Of a stretch of DNA of 64,000 bases, positions 41,956-54,354 are shown piece by piece. Made by a program: the position numbers and the translations under genes. How positions within the stretch are numbered: position 1 is the stretch's first letter; every line of letters starts with the position of its first letter. The notes under the pieces are model-generated. The model made no database searches. It was not told where the DNA came from and saw only the letters and a list, made by a program, of their open reading frames with translations. The stretch spans positions 74,710,001 to 74,774,000 of the forward strand of contig OZ336872.1 in the NCBI GenBank assembly GCA_965287045.1, given 5' to 3'. Source of the stretch: Carcharhinus amblyrhynchos (taxonomy: Eukaryota).

Positions 41956-44357
41956 AATGTTGGTTTGAAATTCATAACTCATTTAAAAAAATGAAATATC
42001 CCACCTTGATGTTTTAATCATGAGTGAAGGGGATATACTTTTTGTTATCTCCCTTTCTCCAGCTAATTCTAGGACGTTAACATTTTTGCTTTTAGTTGTC
42101 AAAGTTTTGCACTCCTGTTGGGATTTGTCAGCTGTTCAGCTCAATGCATTGGGTGAATTAAACTGATTGGAACACCCACACCTTTTATCTCCCAAGGCAC
42201 CTTATGCTGATGCCATGAGGCCCAACAGGCTAAGCAAAATTCCCATTAGTTTGCATAAATCTGAAGCTACTAGTACTAACAGTTTGTTCTGATTTGGGAT
42301 TTATCCACCAGTGTGGTAACAGAGTACAAGTGAATCTCTCCGGACCTCCAGGTCACAAAGTTTAAACCAAATGGATCAGCAAGTAAGAAATGGAACTGAG
42401 GCTCATGGTCTGTATGCATGCCAGGATTTCTATCCTGTGCTATTGTGTTTCATTTTTTAGTAATGCAATCCACGTGTTACTGACTTCGGAGCCCATTATT
42501 TTCTTTGTTTCAACCTTCACATTAAAATTAATAGGCCATTAACCAAATGGGGAGAACCGTTTTAGACACTTTTTAATAAAACATAATGCCATAGTAGTTA
42601 TTTATTAACTGTTCCTACCTTGTTCTGGTGCCAAACATGAATAGTGCTTCTGTCAGCGGTTCAGTTTGTTGCAGCACATTAGAAGTTTTCAGTTTGTTTG
42701 CATTGTGTTAGAAATTTGTTTACAGTTCTATCATCAGCTTGCCCAGAGCTTTAATTTTCTGCCCAAGCTATATATGAAAATTTGCAAAATCGATTGGATT
42801 AATAGTCAAATGACACAAGTCAACCGAACTCAATGGCTTACTTCACGTTATCATAAACCTTTTGTGATAGCTACACTTAAATGAGTTGCAGACCAGCCTA
42901 TACATAGCTCCATTATTAAGGTTTCAATGGCAAACATACAGGTGGAGCCCAGCATCCCTTTGAAGGGACCTCTTTCAGAATGCATTTGAAGTGAGGCTAG
43001 AAAGTTTCAATGACACCTGAAGAAGCAAATGAAAAGGAGCTGGGGAGGTTCACTAAATGCCCATGTTGCTCACAGAACTTTCCTGAAATGACTACAGTCT
43101 CTATATTTGATTAGATATTTATTCCATGTATTTTTTCTTAAAAGATGGGCACAACATTACCTGTCCTTTTTTGTGACCGTATAATTTGGTTTAATTAGTC
43201 AGTTAAATATTACTGGAAGTATTTGCCATGTAATTTCTGCAAAATGTGCAGCAGAACAAATCCTTCTGGAACTCTATGGGTGGCTGCTACTGCCACCAGG
43301 GCTTTTCCCACTAAGGATCACATGCTTTGTTTTCTAAGCCATTTTTATTCCTTTAATATTTATAATTGATTCTATGATCTTAATCATTATCTAAAACCTC
43401 TAATGTGAACCTTTTGAATGCTTTATGAAAATTCAAGTTCAACTATCTGACTTGAATTAAACCAAATACCTGAAATTTCCCTTGACTTGGTAGGAGACAC
43501 AATTCCCCTGCAACGTTTTCATGGTACCAGAAGTAAAATACCACTTCTGGCACCATGAAAAGGCCTCTGTTATGCAGGAACATAGATCAACTAGGAACAT
43601 GTGCGAAATGACTTATTCAGAATGCGATTGAATAGTTGACCTGCCCCTCTTTTATCTTGTCCTGAAGACGGTTTCTTTCCCGGAATGGTTCGCCTTCAGG
43701 AGCATGGACCTAAGGAACATTAATTTTGGCATGTTAATGGTCTTGAGTATTGAACAGTTTAGTTCGCTGCTCCATACGTAATGAGCAAGTTCTTATTGAT
43801 GAGAATTGCACAGAAAGCCCCACAATGTTCTAATAGAGCAGCTGTGCCATTGTTATTTAGGTCCTTCAACCCTTCTTAAGTGTGCAGAATGTCATTGTGG
43901 ATGTCAGTAGTAGACTCTTTTGTCCAAACATGGAGTCTTCAGTAATGATGAATCAGATCATTTTTAGCTGATACAATCACCTGAAATATATGTTAGCCAT
44001 ATGTCATGGTCACGCTCCAGAACATGACGTTACCTCAATTTTATTACAGCTGCTGGGGTAATTGAACTGTAAAACTAAATAGCCTCTGCCCTGTAAAGAC
44101 AAAGGGTTGGGGAAGCTTGGGTGGTTAGTGGATCTATTTGCTGGCTTCATCTCCTGACTAGGATTTAGAAGATCAGATGATATTGATTAAAACGTTGCTG
44201 GACGAGGACAATTTAGTTGCTGGGTTTTCTTGCTCTCAGCATTTATAGACACCCCACAGATGGAATCTGTAATCACAGCTGTAAAGTTAAATGTGGCATA
44301 GAGCTTCTCAGATTCTCAGGTGGTGATATACAAACTGGCTCCCATGGTGCACTGTTT

Positions 44358-44577
44358 CTGGTAGATGATATTAATGGCCTTGGTCTTAGCAGCTGTGGTA
44401 AAGCCAAAGGCAGTGACAGAACAATATGATTTCTGTCAACATCATCTGCAAGATAACCCACATGTCATGGATTTATGCTTTAACTAACATTGTTACGTTG
44501 ATCTGAAGACTTGCACCTTGTCGATGCTTGGAACAGGCTTGATGCAAACTCATAGAATTTTTCATCTCTAGTATTTT
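44358..44577 (-). mobile_element. Old L2-like RT fragment, paralogous to 46269-46490
   Basis: Clearly alignable with 46269-46490; minus-strand translation resembles the RT segment between GFR..H and DLSAAFDT. Confidence 0.5.
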
Positions 44578-44899
44578 TACCTCAGCATAGTCCATTTACA
44601 TGGCAAGTTCAAAGAATGAAAGATAACCTTTTCCAAAGTGGCTCTCGAGGCAGCCTTAAGCAGCACATATTACAACATCTGCCTCCAGCAACATGATTTG
44701 GCCACCTTCCTGCTGAAAACTATCCTTTAAAAAGGGTATAATGTCAAGTGCAAAAGATTATTTATTGTCAGCAACAAAGCTGCAATCTATAAGAGTGGGG
44801 TATTTCAGCTATTCCAGTTTGCTTAAAGCTGGGGGCTTTTCTTGTAGCTCACTGGGAATCACGTTGTTAGCTATGTGCTACTGGGAAGAAATTTCCCTT

Positions 44900-45325
44900 T
44901 TTATTCGTTAGTAGGATGTGGCTGTTGCTGACAAGGCCAGAATTATTATCCATCCCTCTTGATCTTGTGAAAGTAGTAATGAGCCACCTTTATGAATCTT
45001 TATTTTGCTATAATATAGCAGTTTCAAACAATCAAGTAGCCTGCTAGGCTATTTCAGAGGCCTGTCAAGAGTCAAACACATTGTTGACTCCAGACCAAGT
45101 CAAAACCATAGGTTTCCTTCCCCAAAAGACATTGGTGCACAAGTTGGAATTTTATAACAATCTGACTGCTTTATTACCATCTTTACTAGTATGAGCTTTT
45201 TAATTCCAGATTTATTTAATTAGCTGAATTCAAATTTGTTTTCTGCTATGGTGAGATTTGAATTCCTGTCTCCAGATTGTTAATCTGGGCAATTAGATTG
45301 CTAGTCTAGTTAAATAACCACTATA
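44900..45325 (-). mobile_element. tRNA-headed SINE with LINE-derived tail; related copies at ~47490-47790 and ~63130-63412
   Basis: Shared blocks: tttccttccc(t)aaag(g)acatt, agcttt..attccagatttatt, and tRNA-like head gatttgaa...ctagt. Confidence 0.6.
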
Positions 45326-45799
45326 TCGTATTAAATGCCAGTTGGTATCCCATTTCATCAATGGTGCCTGTTTTTTTTTTGACTGGTACTTAAAGTCCAA
45401 CACCAAATAATCTGATTCTTAGAATCTTCAGCTGTTACAGCACAGAAGATATAGTTTTATCCATAACATTGCACCATAATTTTTAACCTATTTGCGCTGT
45501 GATTTCACATTTATCCTCAATGCACTTTAGTTTGCAAGGATTAAGCATCTCGTTTCGTACTTGGATAGGTTAATCATAACATTTGTAATTGTTACCTTCA
45601 AAATCATTTATCTTAATATTTTACACCCCTGCCTATCTAATTTTGCATACTTCTTCCATTGGAGCACCCATTTTATTGATCACAGCACTGCAGTTTAGAA
45701 TAAAGACAATTTGTTTGAGAACTAAGTTTTAGATACTAATTTTTATATTTTTATCGTATCTTTCACGAAACAGCATATTCCATCCGAAACCAGCATTGG

Positions 45800-46490
45800 A
45801 AGAGCAGCAGGTGCATGTTGGGATGTAAGGTTATGTTAGATTACATAGGTTGTGTGCATGTGGAGGATGTGAAGCCATGGAGGGATTTGAACAGAACGGT
45901 TTTTAGGTCAACACATTAGGAGAGGGAACCCAATGACTCAGTTTGAATAGGAGTAACGGTGCAGTTAGGGAACGGCCAAGAATTTTAGAGAGTTAAAGTT
46001 TATTTAAGGTAGAGTTGAGATAGTCAAAAGGAATTGGGGCACATCAAGTGGTATATGAGATAGTTATAAAGAATGGGCTTAAAGGTTTTGATGGTGGGAA
46101 GATTAAGACTGAGGCAGGCAAAGTTAATGTGAATGGACCAGGTGTGTGGTTTGAAGCTCAGCTCATGTTTGAGATGAACACCAAGGCTCTTTACCGCCTG
46201 ACTTAGCCTGAAAGAGCAGCCAGACATGCAACGAGGTGATAGAAGCTGGCGCCCAAGATGCACAGGTCCTGGTAGGAGATGACTTTTAATGGCCTTAAGT
46301 CTTAGCAGCAGTGGTAAAGTCAAGGGTGGTGACAGAACAATATAATTTCTGTTAACTTCATCTGCAAGATACCCTCAATGTAAAAGGCTTCTGCTTTAAC
46401 AAAACATTGTTTATCTGAAGACCTGCACCTTAGCAATGCTCCGAACAGCGTTTAATGGGAAGTCGCAGAATTTCTCATCTCCAGTATTTT
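45800..46490 (-). mobile_element. Decayed L2 LINE fragment
   Basis: ORF 46024..46323 contains LSQAVKSLGVHLKHELSFKPH, resembling the L2 motif VRNLGVxFDxELSFxPHI. Confidence 0.65.
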
Positions 46491-47965
46491 GCTTTATTTC
46501 TGCATTGTTCAGTTATGTGGGAGGTTGAAAGAATGTGAAAGAACCACCAGCAGATCTGGCCTTCCTCCATTTTTAATATTCACTTCTATTTAGAGTTCTT
46601 TCTCTTGATTATTTTGTGTTCCCAATGCCTATGGTTTAATTCAAATCTATGTTGCTTCCTGTGATATGATTCTAAGCATGGTCATTAAAGTATAGCTGGA
46701 ACAGGAAAAATGCCTGGGTCAAGATGGCAATTTATAGTGCCAAATATTTAAAGAGAAGCCCCATTTGATACAAGGGTATTAATCTGAAATTGTTTTTATT
46801 CATACTTGTGTTTTGACAAGTTTATCTGTGCTGATGTATTGCTGTAATGTATACCAAATGGAATTGTGGATTGCAGTCCCAAAATATGAGGAAAATTTCT
46901 GGAATCCTATGCTGTTTAAAAATAAAATCAGTCTAATCAGTTTCTGTATACTAGTGTCTTCTCCCATAATACCTGATGTACATTGAAAAATTGTGTAGCA
47001 TATCCTCAGCAAAGTTTGATTTCTCCATTAGACAAGTACTGTACTACTTTGACAATGGTATGTCCTTTATAGGATTTCCAAACAAAGCGATGGTAATAAC
47101 TATTTCCTGTTTCTCTAATGCAACTTCCTTCCATTCTAATGGCTTTACTCACAAGCATTCATTCAAAAATAGTTATGAGTCTTTATAAATTTTGAGCAAT
47201 CTCCTGAATAATCTGATATACTTCCAATATTTTAATAGGTTGGATGTGAAAATACAATACAGCCTGTCACACCACTTGGCACACTCCTTCCTTTGAACCA
47301 AGGGGTGGCTAGAATCATTAGAAGGACAGGCAGTTCTTGTTGCATGCTATTGTAAATCCTATTGCTTTGAAACCTATGGCATATTCCTGTTTTGGTGCAA
47401 GTTTTCCTCTTTTCTGCATGTGTTGGTTCTGTACAAAGACACGGTTCACCACCATCTGGCAACCTTTCACACCTTACCAACATGTTTTTAAAATTTGTTC
47501 CCAGGATGTGAGTGATGCTGACAAGTTAGCATGTATTGTTGAGTGATCGTTTTATATTTGAATAGCTTGCTAGGCCAATTCAGAGGGCACTAAAATTCAA
47601 CCAGCTGGGTACAATATAGCTGTGAATGACTCCTTTCCCTAAAGGACATGAGTGAACCGGTTTGGTGTCTACATCAATGCCTGCCGCATTTCTGGGACTA
47701 GCTCAAAAGACTTTACAGATTTCACAACTTGCTGTAGTTTGGTTTGAAATCATGACCTTGGTAGTCTTGTACCGTTAGCACTGCATTGCTATATCTTTAA
47801 TTTTTTTGTGTGTCAAGTAATTATTCAGCAGGCAATGGATTAATTTGGAAGCTACTAGCATGCACGTTTACAAAGTATCACTGGATTCTGTACAGAATTT
47901 CTGTCGCCTGATCTCTAATCACCCAAAAGCACTGACTGGGAATTGACCGTGGGATTTTCCTAGTC

Positions 47966-48348
47966 TAATGATTCCCAAATTTTTTTCTACTGTGACCCCA
48001 TTTTAATGCTTCACATTTTCTGCAACCCCAAAGTGAAAATGGAAGGGGAAAGAGTTATTGAGCAGGTTGGGAGTTGAAACAGCAGCTATACAGCTACAAA
48101 AAACAGCTAAGACACCTACCAATTTGCAGGCTCTGTTTGTGTCAGTGACTAAGCTTTGGTAACCATTGGATTAGACCACACCCATGGTAACAAAATGATG
48201 CAACTTAAAGGAGTCTTCACAGCTGATCCCCGGACAGTCAAGTTAGAGTCTCCACTCCACAGCTGTCAGTGCTGCCTTGGAACTTTGAGACTCCAGTTGT
48301 TTGTCCTGTGACCCCATGGAGTTCATGACCCACAGTTTGGGCACCCCA
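47966..48348. mobile_element. hAT-like non-autonomous DNA transposon relic
   Basis: Left end atgattcccaaatttttt..tgtgacccc and right end tgacccacagtttgggcacccc are hAT/Charlie-type termini (cccaaa/tttggg inverted). Confidence 0.55.
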
Positions 48349-50209
48349 ATCTTGGCAAATGGCTCAACTCCTCAATGGATAAGCTCACTAAGTCATCAGG
48401 CGAAGAAGACTGCGTTATTTCAGGACATGCCTTCCAACTTTGTGGTCCCAACAAAATTAGGAATGTGCATTGGTGGCCCGCTCTTTGTTGGTCTGTCTCG
48501 CACAATCTCTCACCAAACACACATACACATTTTTATGGTTTATTACCAATATAATATCTAATACCCACATAAAGCCCTATCTTGGCTAACATTTCCTCTC
48601 AAGTTTCTATTATCCAAAATAGATGATTAAATTTTTAATTAAAATTTGTATATTTCTGACAACAGTATTTACTTGACCTCAGTCTCTCCAAAAATCCTGC
48701 CCTTGGACTTGGTATCTTTGCCCTGAACTGACTGCTGTAAACTGAATTTGGATTACACAGTAACTAATTTTTCAGGATTATCAGTACTAGTCAGTCAGCA
48801 GTATTGATGGAATATTTTTCTAACTTTGAGCAATTTATGCTCAGGTTCCTTTTTAAAAAAATTTGAGAAGCTAGAGAACAAACTGAATACTTATTTGAGA
48901 TGAAGTTTGCTATGATCTTATTTTTAAAAGAATGAAAAGAAATGACTAATTACACACTTGTCCTAGCTTCTTTAACTGAGTTTCGTCTTGCTAATAGTTT
49001 AATTAAACAAAGTGCTGACTATTAGAAAAGGTACATGTTTTTAATTTCTTACACCTGTGTATGTGTGAGCAAGAAAGGGAATTCACTTCCCTGAATTGCA
49101 CTGTGCTTCCTCAGTTCTAACCTGGTATAAAGTTAATTATCTTTTTGAAAAATAAACCTTTAATTTTCATTCCATTGCAACACAGTAACTGCTGGCCCAT
49201 CTGCCTGGTGCTGCATTGTGAAGAGGTTCGTTATGCAGTATTCTGCTCTTGTGAATAGCTATGTGATTATGTAAGATAAAATACGAATGCCGACATACTT
49301 TTGCAGTAGGTAATCCTTACCCTTCTGGGTACAGAATAAACCTGCTTCTTGAGTCAGTTGGTTTGCACGGTAATCATGTTCAATCCTTTGTTTTCAATAT
49401 TTTGTGGTTTGTATATGATACTGTCATTTCATTTCAAATTGCTTCACAGAAACATTAACTGTAGTTTTAAGTCACTTTAATTTTCACTAATTCAAACTAT
49501 CTCAAATTTGCTTTGAAATTTTAAAAATGAATTCCTATTGATTTAGCATAAGGCTGACTTTACATTTTATTGAAAAAAACAAGGAACTTTATAAACCAAC
49601 ATGAGCGTCTCCCACACAAAATACTTCAGTTCATTATTTTGAACTGTTCCTTTCCTCCACAAAGTCGAGCAGTTCTAATCCCTCTCAGCAGAAGAGGTAA
49701 AGCCACAATTTCATTAACCCCTCACTAAGTGCTTGTGTCCCACTTCTCCAGCCATGTTTTTATTGAGAAATATGCTAGGTTTCAGCTATGGGAGAGAACA
49801 GAACTGATAGAAACGGGAACTGAGTATAAGTGAACATACAGCCTTTCTGTAAAGCACTGTGATCTCAGCTGTACATCCCTGCAAATACTTTAGCTGTTGG
49901 ATTATTCCCTGCTCCCACAGTGCCATTGCTGATTGCTCTTTCATTTATCATGTACCAAATTATGGAGCTTGGCTCCTAAATATTTGTCCTAGAAATCTTC
50001 CTTCGCCCTGCTTTCAAAGTCTTCCTTTTGTTCCCTATGTTTTGTAAGTCTGTGTTTTATTAAGATTGTCATGAAAGTGCATACTATGATCCAATCTTAA
50101 ACTGGATTAGATGACAGAAGAGGACAAAAAAATAAAAAACTCAAATTGTCTTGGGTACTGACAACTGAGAGTTATCACAGTGAAATATCGCAACATAATT
50201 CACGACTTC

Positions 50210-50622
50210 ATGGCTGTGACTTAGTTGGTAACACTATTGCTTCTGAATCAGATGGTTGTGAATTCAAGACCAACTCAGGGACTTGAGCTCATAATCTAGG
50301 CTCCAGTGCAGTACTGAGGAAGTGCCATCTTTCAGATGTGACTGTAACCAATCTCCCATCTTGCCCTTGAGCTGGATGTAAGAAATCGCAAAGTACTATT
50401 TGAAGAAGAATGGGTGAGTTCTCCCTGGTGTCCTGACCAATTTTTAATCTTCAACCAACATCAGCAAAACAGAATATCACTGCTGTTTGAGGAAGCCTGC
50501 ACTGCGTAAATTGGCTGGTGTGTTTCCTGCATTATAAAAGTGACTGTTTCCAAAGTAACTCGTTGTACAAGGCTTTACACATACAAAGTTCTGAAAGGTG
50601 GTATAAAATGCAAGTCTTTCTT
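50210..50622 (+). mobile_element. SacSINE1/DeuSINE-like SINE, best-preserved copy in the window
   Basis: tRNA-like head (ttagttggtaacact, gaattcaagacc), Deu-domain-like core (ccatctttcagatg, ggatgtaag, gagttctccctggtgtcctg) and L2-like tail (gaaaggtggtataaaatgcaagtctttc). Confidence 0.78.
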
Positions 50623-50679
50623 TAACGGGAGTGTAGTGGATATCAAAAATCAACTAGGAGTGGTTAGGAAGGATGGCTA

Positions 50680-51280
50680 AGAATGTGATCAAAGAGGCAA
50701 GTTAATAGGTGCCTTGTGAAGGTGGGGACAGGTGCACAAGAGAAAGGCCATTGATGGTTAAAGGCTCTGTCAGTGAAGGTAGTTAAGGACTGCAGTTTTT
50801 GATGAGAGAGATTAGCTGTGAATATCAGAATTCTATATGATTTGGAGTTGATATATATTGGATTTTGGGAGGCCATATTAGGATGGTTTTGGAAACAGGA
50901 GAAGAGATGGAAGCACTTGATATATTGGAAATGGAGAAAGGTAGTCTTTTGTTAGGCTGGTGTGGAGTTTGAAGCTCAGTGCAGGTATTGAGCAGGATAT
51001 CAATATCTTGAACTGTTGGTTTAAGCTTATGCAAACAGCCACTTAAGGAAATAGAATATTGTGTGAGTTGCAGGGTTTCTGTTGTAAGTTGATCGAGTGG
51101 TTATCTTGCCATTACTTAATTGGAGGAAATATTGGCTCATTCACTTGATGCTGGAAAGGCACAGCACAATCAGCAGTATCGCAGCGGCCCTGAAGTCAAG
51201 GGTAAAAGTAAGACTGTGTGCCACACTTTGAGATAAGTTACTGAGAGGTGATGTGTATGTGACAAAGAGAAGGGGGCCCA
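50680..51280 (-). mobile_element. Decayed L2 LINE fragment
   Basis: ORF 50825..51034 KLKPTVQDIDILLNTCTEL and neighbouring blocks are similar to the other L2 remnants (15250-15800, 45800-46270). Confidence 0.5.
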
Positions 51281-51602
51281 GTGGCGAAAAGGAACATGCT
51301 CAATGAAACCATTGTTCCCTATTCCAATTTATAACCAACGCATCTTTCACTTATCAATTCCAGTCCTCTTGAAGTCTATTTAAATGGAACATTTACATTA
51401 TTTTCCCCACAGTTATATTCTGCGCTTTAAATAATCACCAAACAGATGGGTCAGGACTGCTTTTGGGAACCCTGGTTTCTCAGTGAAATTAATAGCTGAG
51501 ATCCTGAGCTCATGATGAGTGTGGTGAACACAGTTGGATCAGTCATATTACAATTAGCTTCTGTATGCTTAGATTAAGTGGAAAGAAAGCAAAGAGCAGC
51601 AT

Positions 51603-51715
51603 TATCAGCTTTGACAAAGGGTCATCTGGACCAGAAATGTCAGCTGTTTCCTCTCCTTACAAATGCTGTCAGACCTGCTGAGATTTTCCAACATTTTCTC
51701 TTTTGGTTTCAACAC
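51603..51715 (+). mobile_element. Penelope-like element terminus with a decayed minimal hammerhead ribozyme
   Basis: cagct-ttgacaa-agggtc-atctg-gacc-a-gaaatgtc-agctg followed by atgctgtcagacctgctgagattttcca. Confidence 0.7.
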
Positions 51716-52230
51716 CATTTCCAGAATTGCAGAAGGAGGTCCTCCACCCATTGTATTGTGCAGCACTGGCGTTGCATTGTGTATGGAGGAATGTGTGTTT
51801 ATTGTAGAATGATTAAATAAGGTTACAAATTTCTGAGCTGGGATCTGGTATGTATATTGTTGAGTGGTTTGTTGCCGAGTAATTGTGAAGGACTAATGTT
51901 GGGATTGAGTTATTTGTCAAGGGGGTGTATGATTGCTGAGTTTGCAATGTTTGTGAAGCACTTGCCTGCATTGCTGAGCAACAGTAGAGTTACTTGCTGA
52001 ACTGAGTGGATGGATATGGGTTACTGAATGGTGGGGTTTTGTTGCTGAGTCCATTGACTCCATAGAGGTGCTGTCCATTACTTGATTGGTGGGGTTAAAG
52101 GAAGCGCTGAAGAGCATTTGAGGGTTGCTATGTGACACTGGGGAGTTGGCTAATTTCTGATCAAGTGGGTGTATGAGTTCAAAAGCACAATGTAATGATG
52201 GGAAGATATAGTGAAGTTTGCTTTGAATAA

Positions 52231-52386
<156 letters not shown>

Positions 52387-53791
52387 TAAGTGATGGTTAA
52401 AATGTAGACAGTAAATATTGTAATGTCAGAATGGTTTCTGATCCAGTGAAACAAATGGGATCATCTTAATTAAAATATTAGCAGGAAGGAAGTGGTTTTA
52501 TCAAGGTTGAACAGGAATTTCAAGTTCTTGAGTATCATCCAGCAAAATGTAGTCCTGACTAAGAAAGTCTGCTTGTGCATTGTATATCATTTAGCTCTGT
52601 CCCAATGGAGTCTGCAGTTTAGTGCCCTATTTGTAGATGAACTTTTACTGAAGCACTGTAATTCTCAATCAAAACTGTCACTTTTAAATCGGCTTATATA
52701 ATGTAGGCTCTGATGGGCATTGCAAGAACTCAAGAAAGTTGTCAGCTCAGAGTGCTGCCTAGTTATAGTTATTCCTATATAAGCAGTTTTTGATGTTTTC
52801 CTTGTGAGACCTCATAAAAATGTTCCAAAGCAGCAATCTTCCTCTCTTTCTGCATCCCTTCTCTGTGGTGCTGATTGCTACAGTGACTGAGGTGCAAACT
52901 GAAACTCTGAGGAACATACAATGTGAAAGCAATGAGCTACAGCACCTGATACAAGTGGAGAACCAGGAGCCCTGGAATCTCATGCTACTCAAGGTGGAAT
53001 AGAGGGACTGAGGTTCTGTTGACAGCATATTGCCTGGGAGAAGTGCCTACCCTTACAAATAGTACTAAATCTGAGGCAGGCAAAGGGGTTGTACACAGAA
53101 GAATAGAACTGTAGAAAACATGAAGCCTGATGTTGAATCAGAGGTACGCAGCAAACAGTATGATGCTAGTGGAACCAACAAGGGATGCTGGCAGACTTCT
53201 ATTACCTACAGCAGGGAAGGCTCCCAGAAGGAAGACTACAATGGAAGACAGGCTCTTGAGATCAAATGTCTTAAAGGGGAAGGAATAGGGAAGCCAGGAG
53301 AGTAAGACTGTGTGAAACAAGGAAGCTGCATCCTGCAACTGCATCTAATTATGGTGGGATAAAGAATATCAAATGGCACAGGTTTTCAGTGAATGAAACC
53401 TTTAGTTATGGAAACAGAATTGAAATGTTACTGTTAAATCTACTGCAGCAGCAAAGGCCAAGAGTGGATTTCATTGATTTTTAATTTGATTACAAAGGGA
53501 ATTCACTATTGTAAATAAGGAAAGACTGTTTCCTGGAACTGCAGACTAAGTTAAGGGGTTATCAACTTAAAATTTCCAGAGAAGAAATGTCCTTATGTAA
53601 CGAGATATAGGAGTGCAGAATGACTGTGACAGAGACCGTTGTATGCATAAAGGGAGAATTTAGGTAAACTTATGATGCAGTGAAGAAACAGGGCTTTTGG
53701 GATGTTCCAGTAGAGAGCCGGCACAGATATGATGGGGGAAGCTTAAATTTTGAATTGCTTTGCCAGTGTGATAGTTAGCAATTTGGCTTGA

Positions 53792-54037
<246 letters not shown>

Positions 54038-54354
54038 TAAATCTTTGTCTTTATGCACATTTCAGAGCAGTAAATGAATAGTCTAGTTCTGCAGCCAGGC
54101 AGAAATCCTAACTTGACATTTGTTAACATTCTGCCAAGCAACATGAATGAACCAACACATGTACAGCAATAGTGTGAGGTCCAGATATATACCAACCAGA
54201 ACTAAGCTCCTGTATTATAAGATGTAAGAGTCTTTCTGTTCAACTTCCATATCCAAATTGATAAACTGTTATTGAAAAGGGAGAAACCCTCCCCTTTTAG
54301 TTTTTGAAGGAGTGCGTGAGTCATATTACATGCAATTTCTTAAGTCCCAGTGCT

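Noticed and set aside
43944-43985. Box C (ATGATGA) and box D (CTGA) motifs suggesting an intronic snoRNA; similar pairs near 35380 and 37546
   Set aside because: Spacing is too short or terminal stems are missing, and I see no recognisable rRNA or snRNA guide; such motifs are expected by chance.
44358-46490. ~200-bp direct repeat pair (44358-44577 and 46269-46490) that looked like a duplicated ncRNA or regulatory module
   Set aside because: The second copy is continuous with L2 ORF2 remnants and the minus-strand translation resembles an RT segment, so two old LINE fragments explain it.
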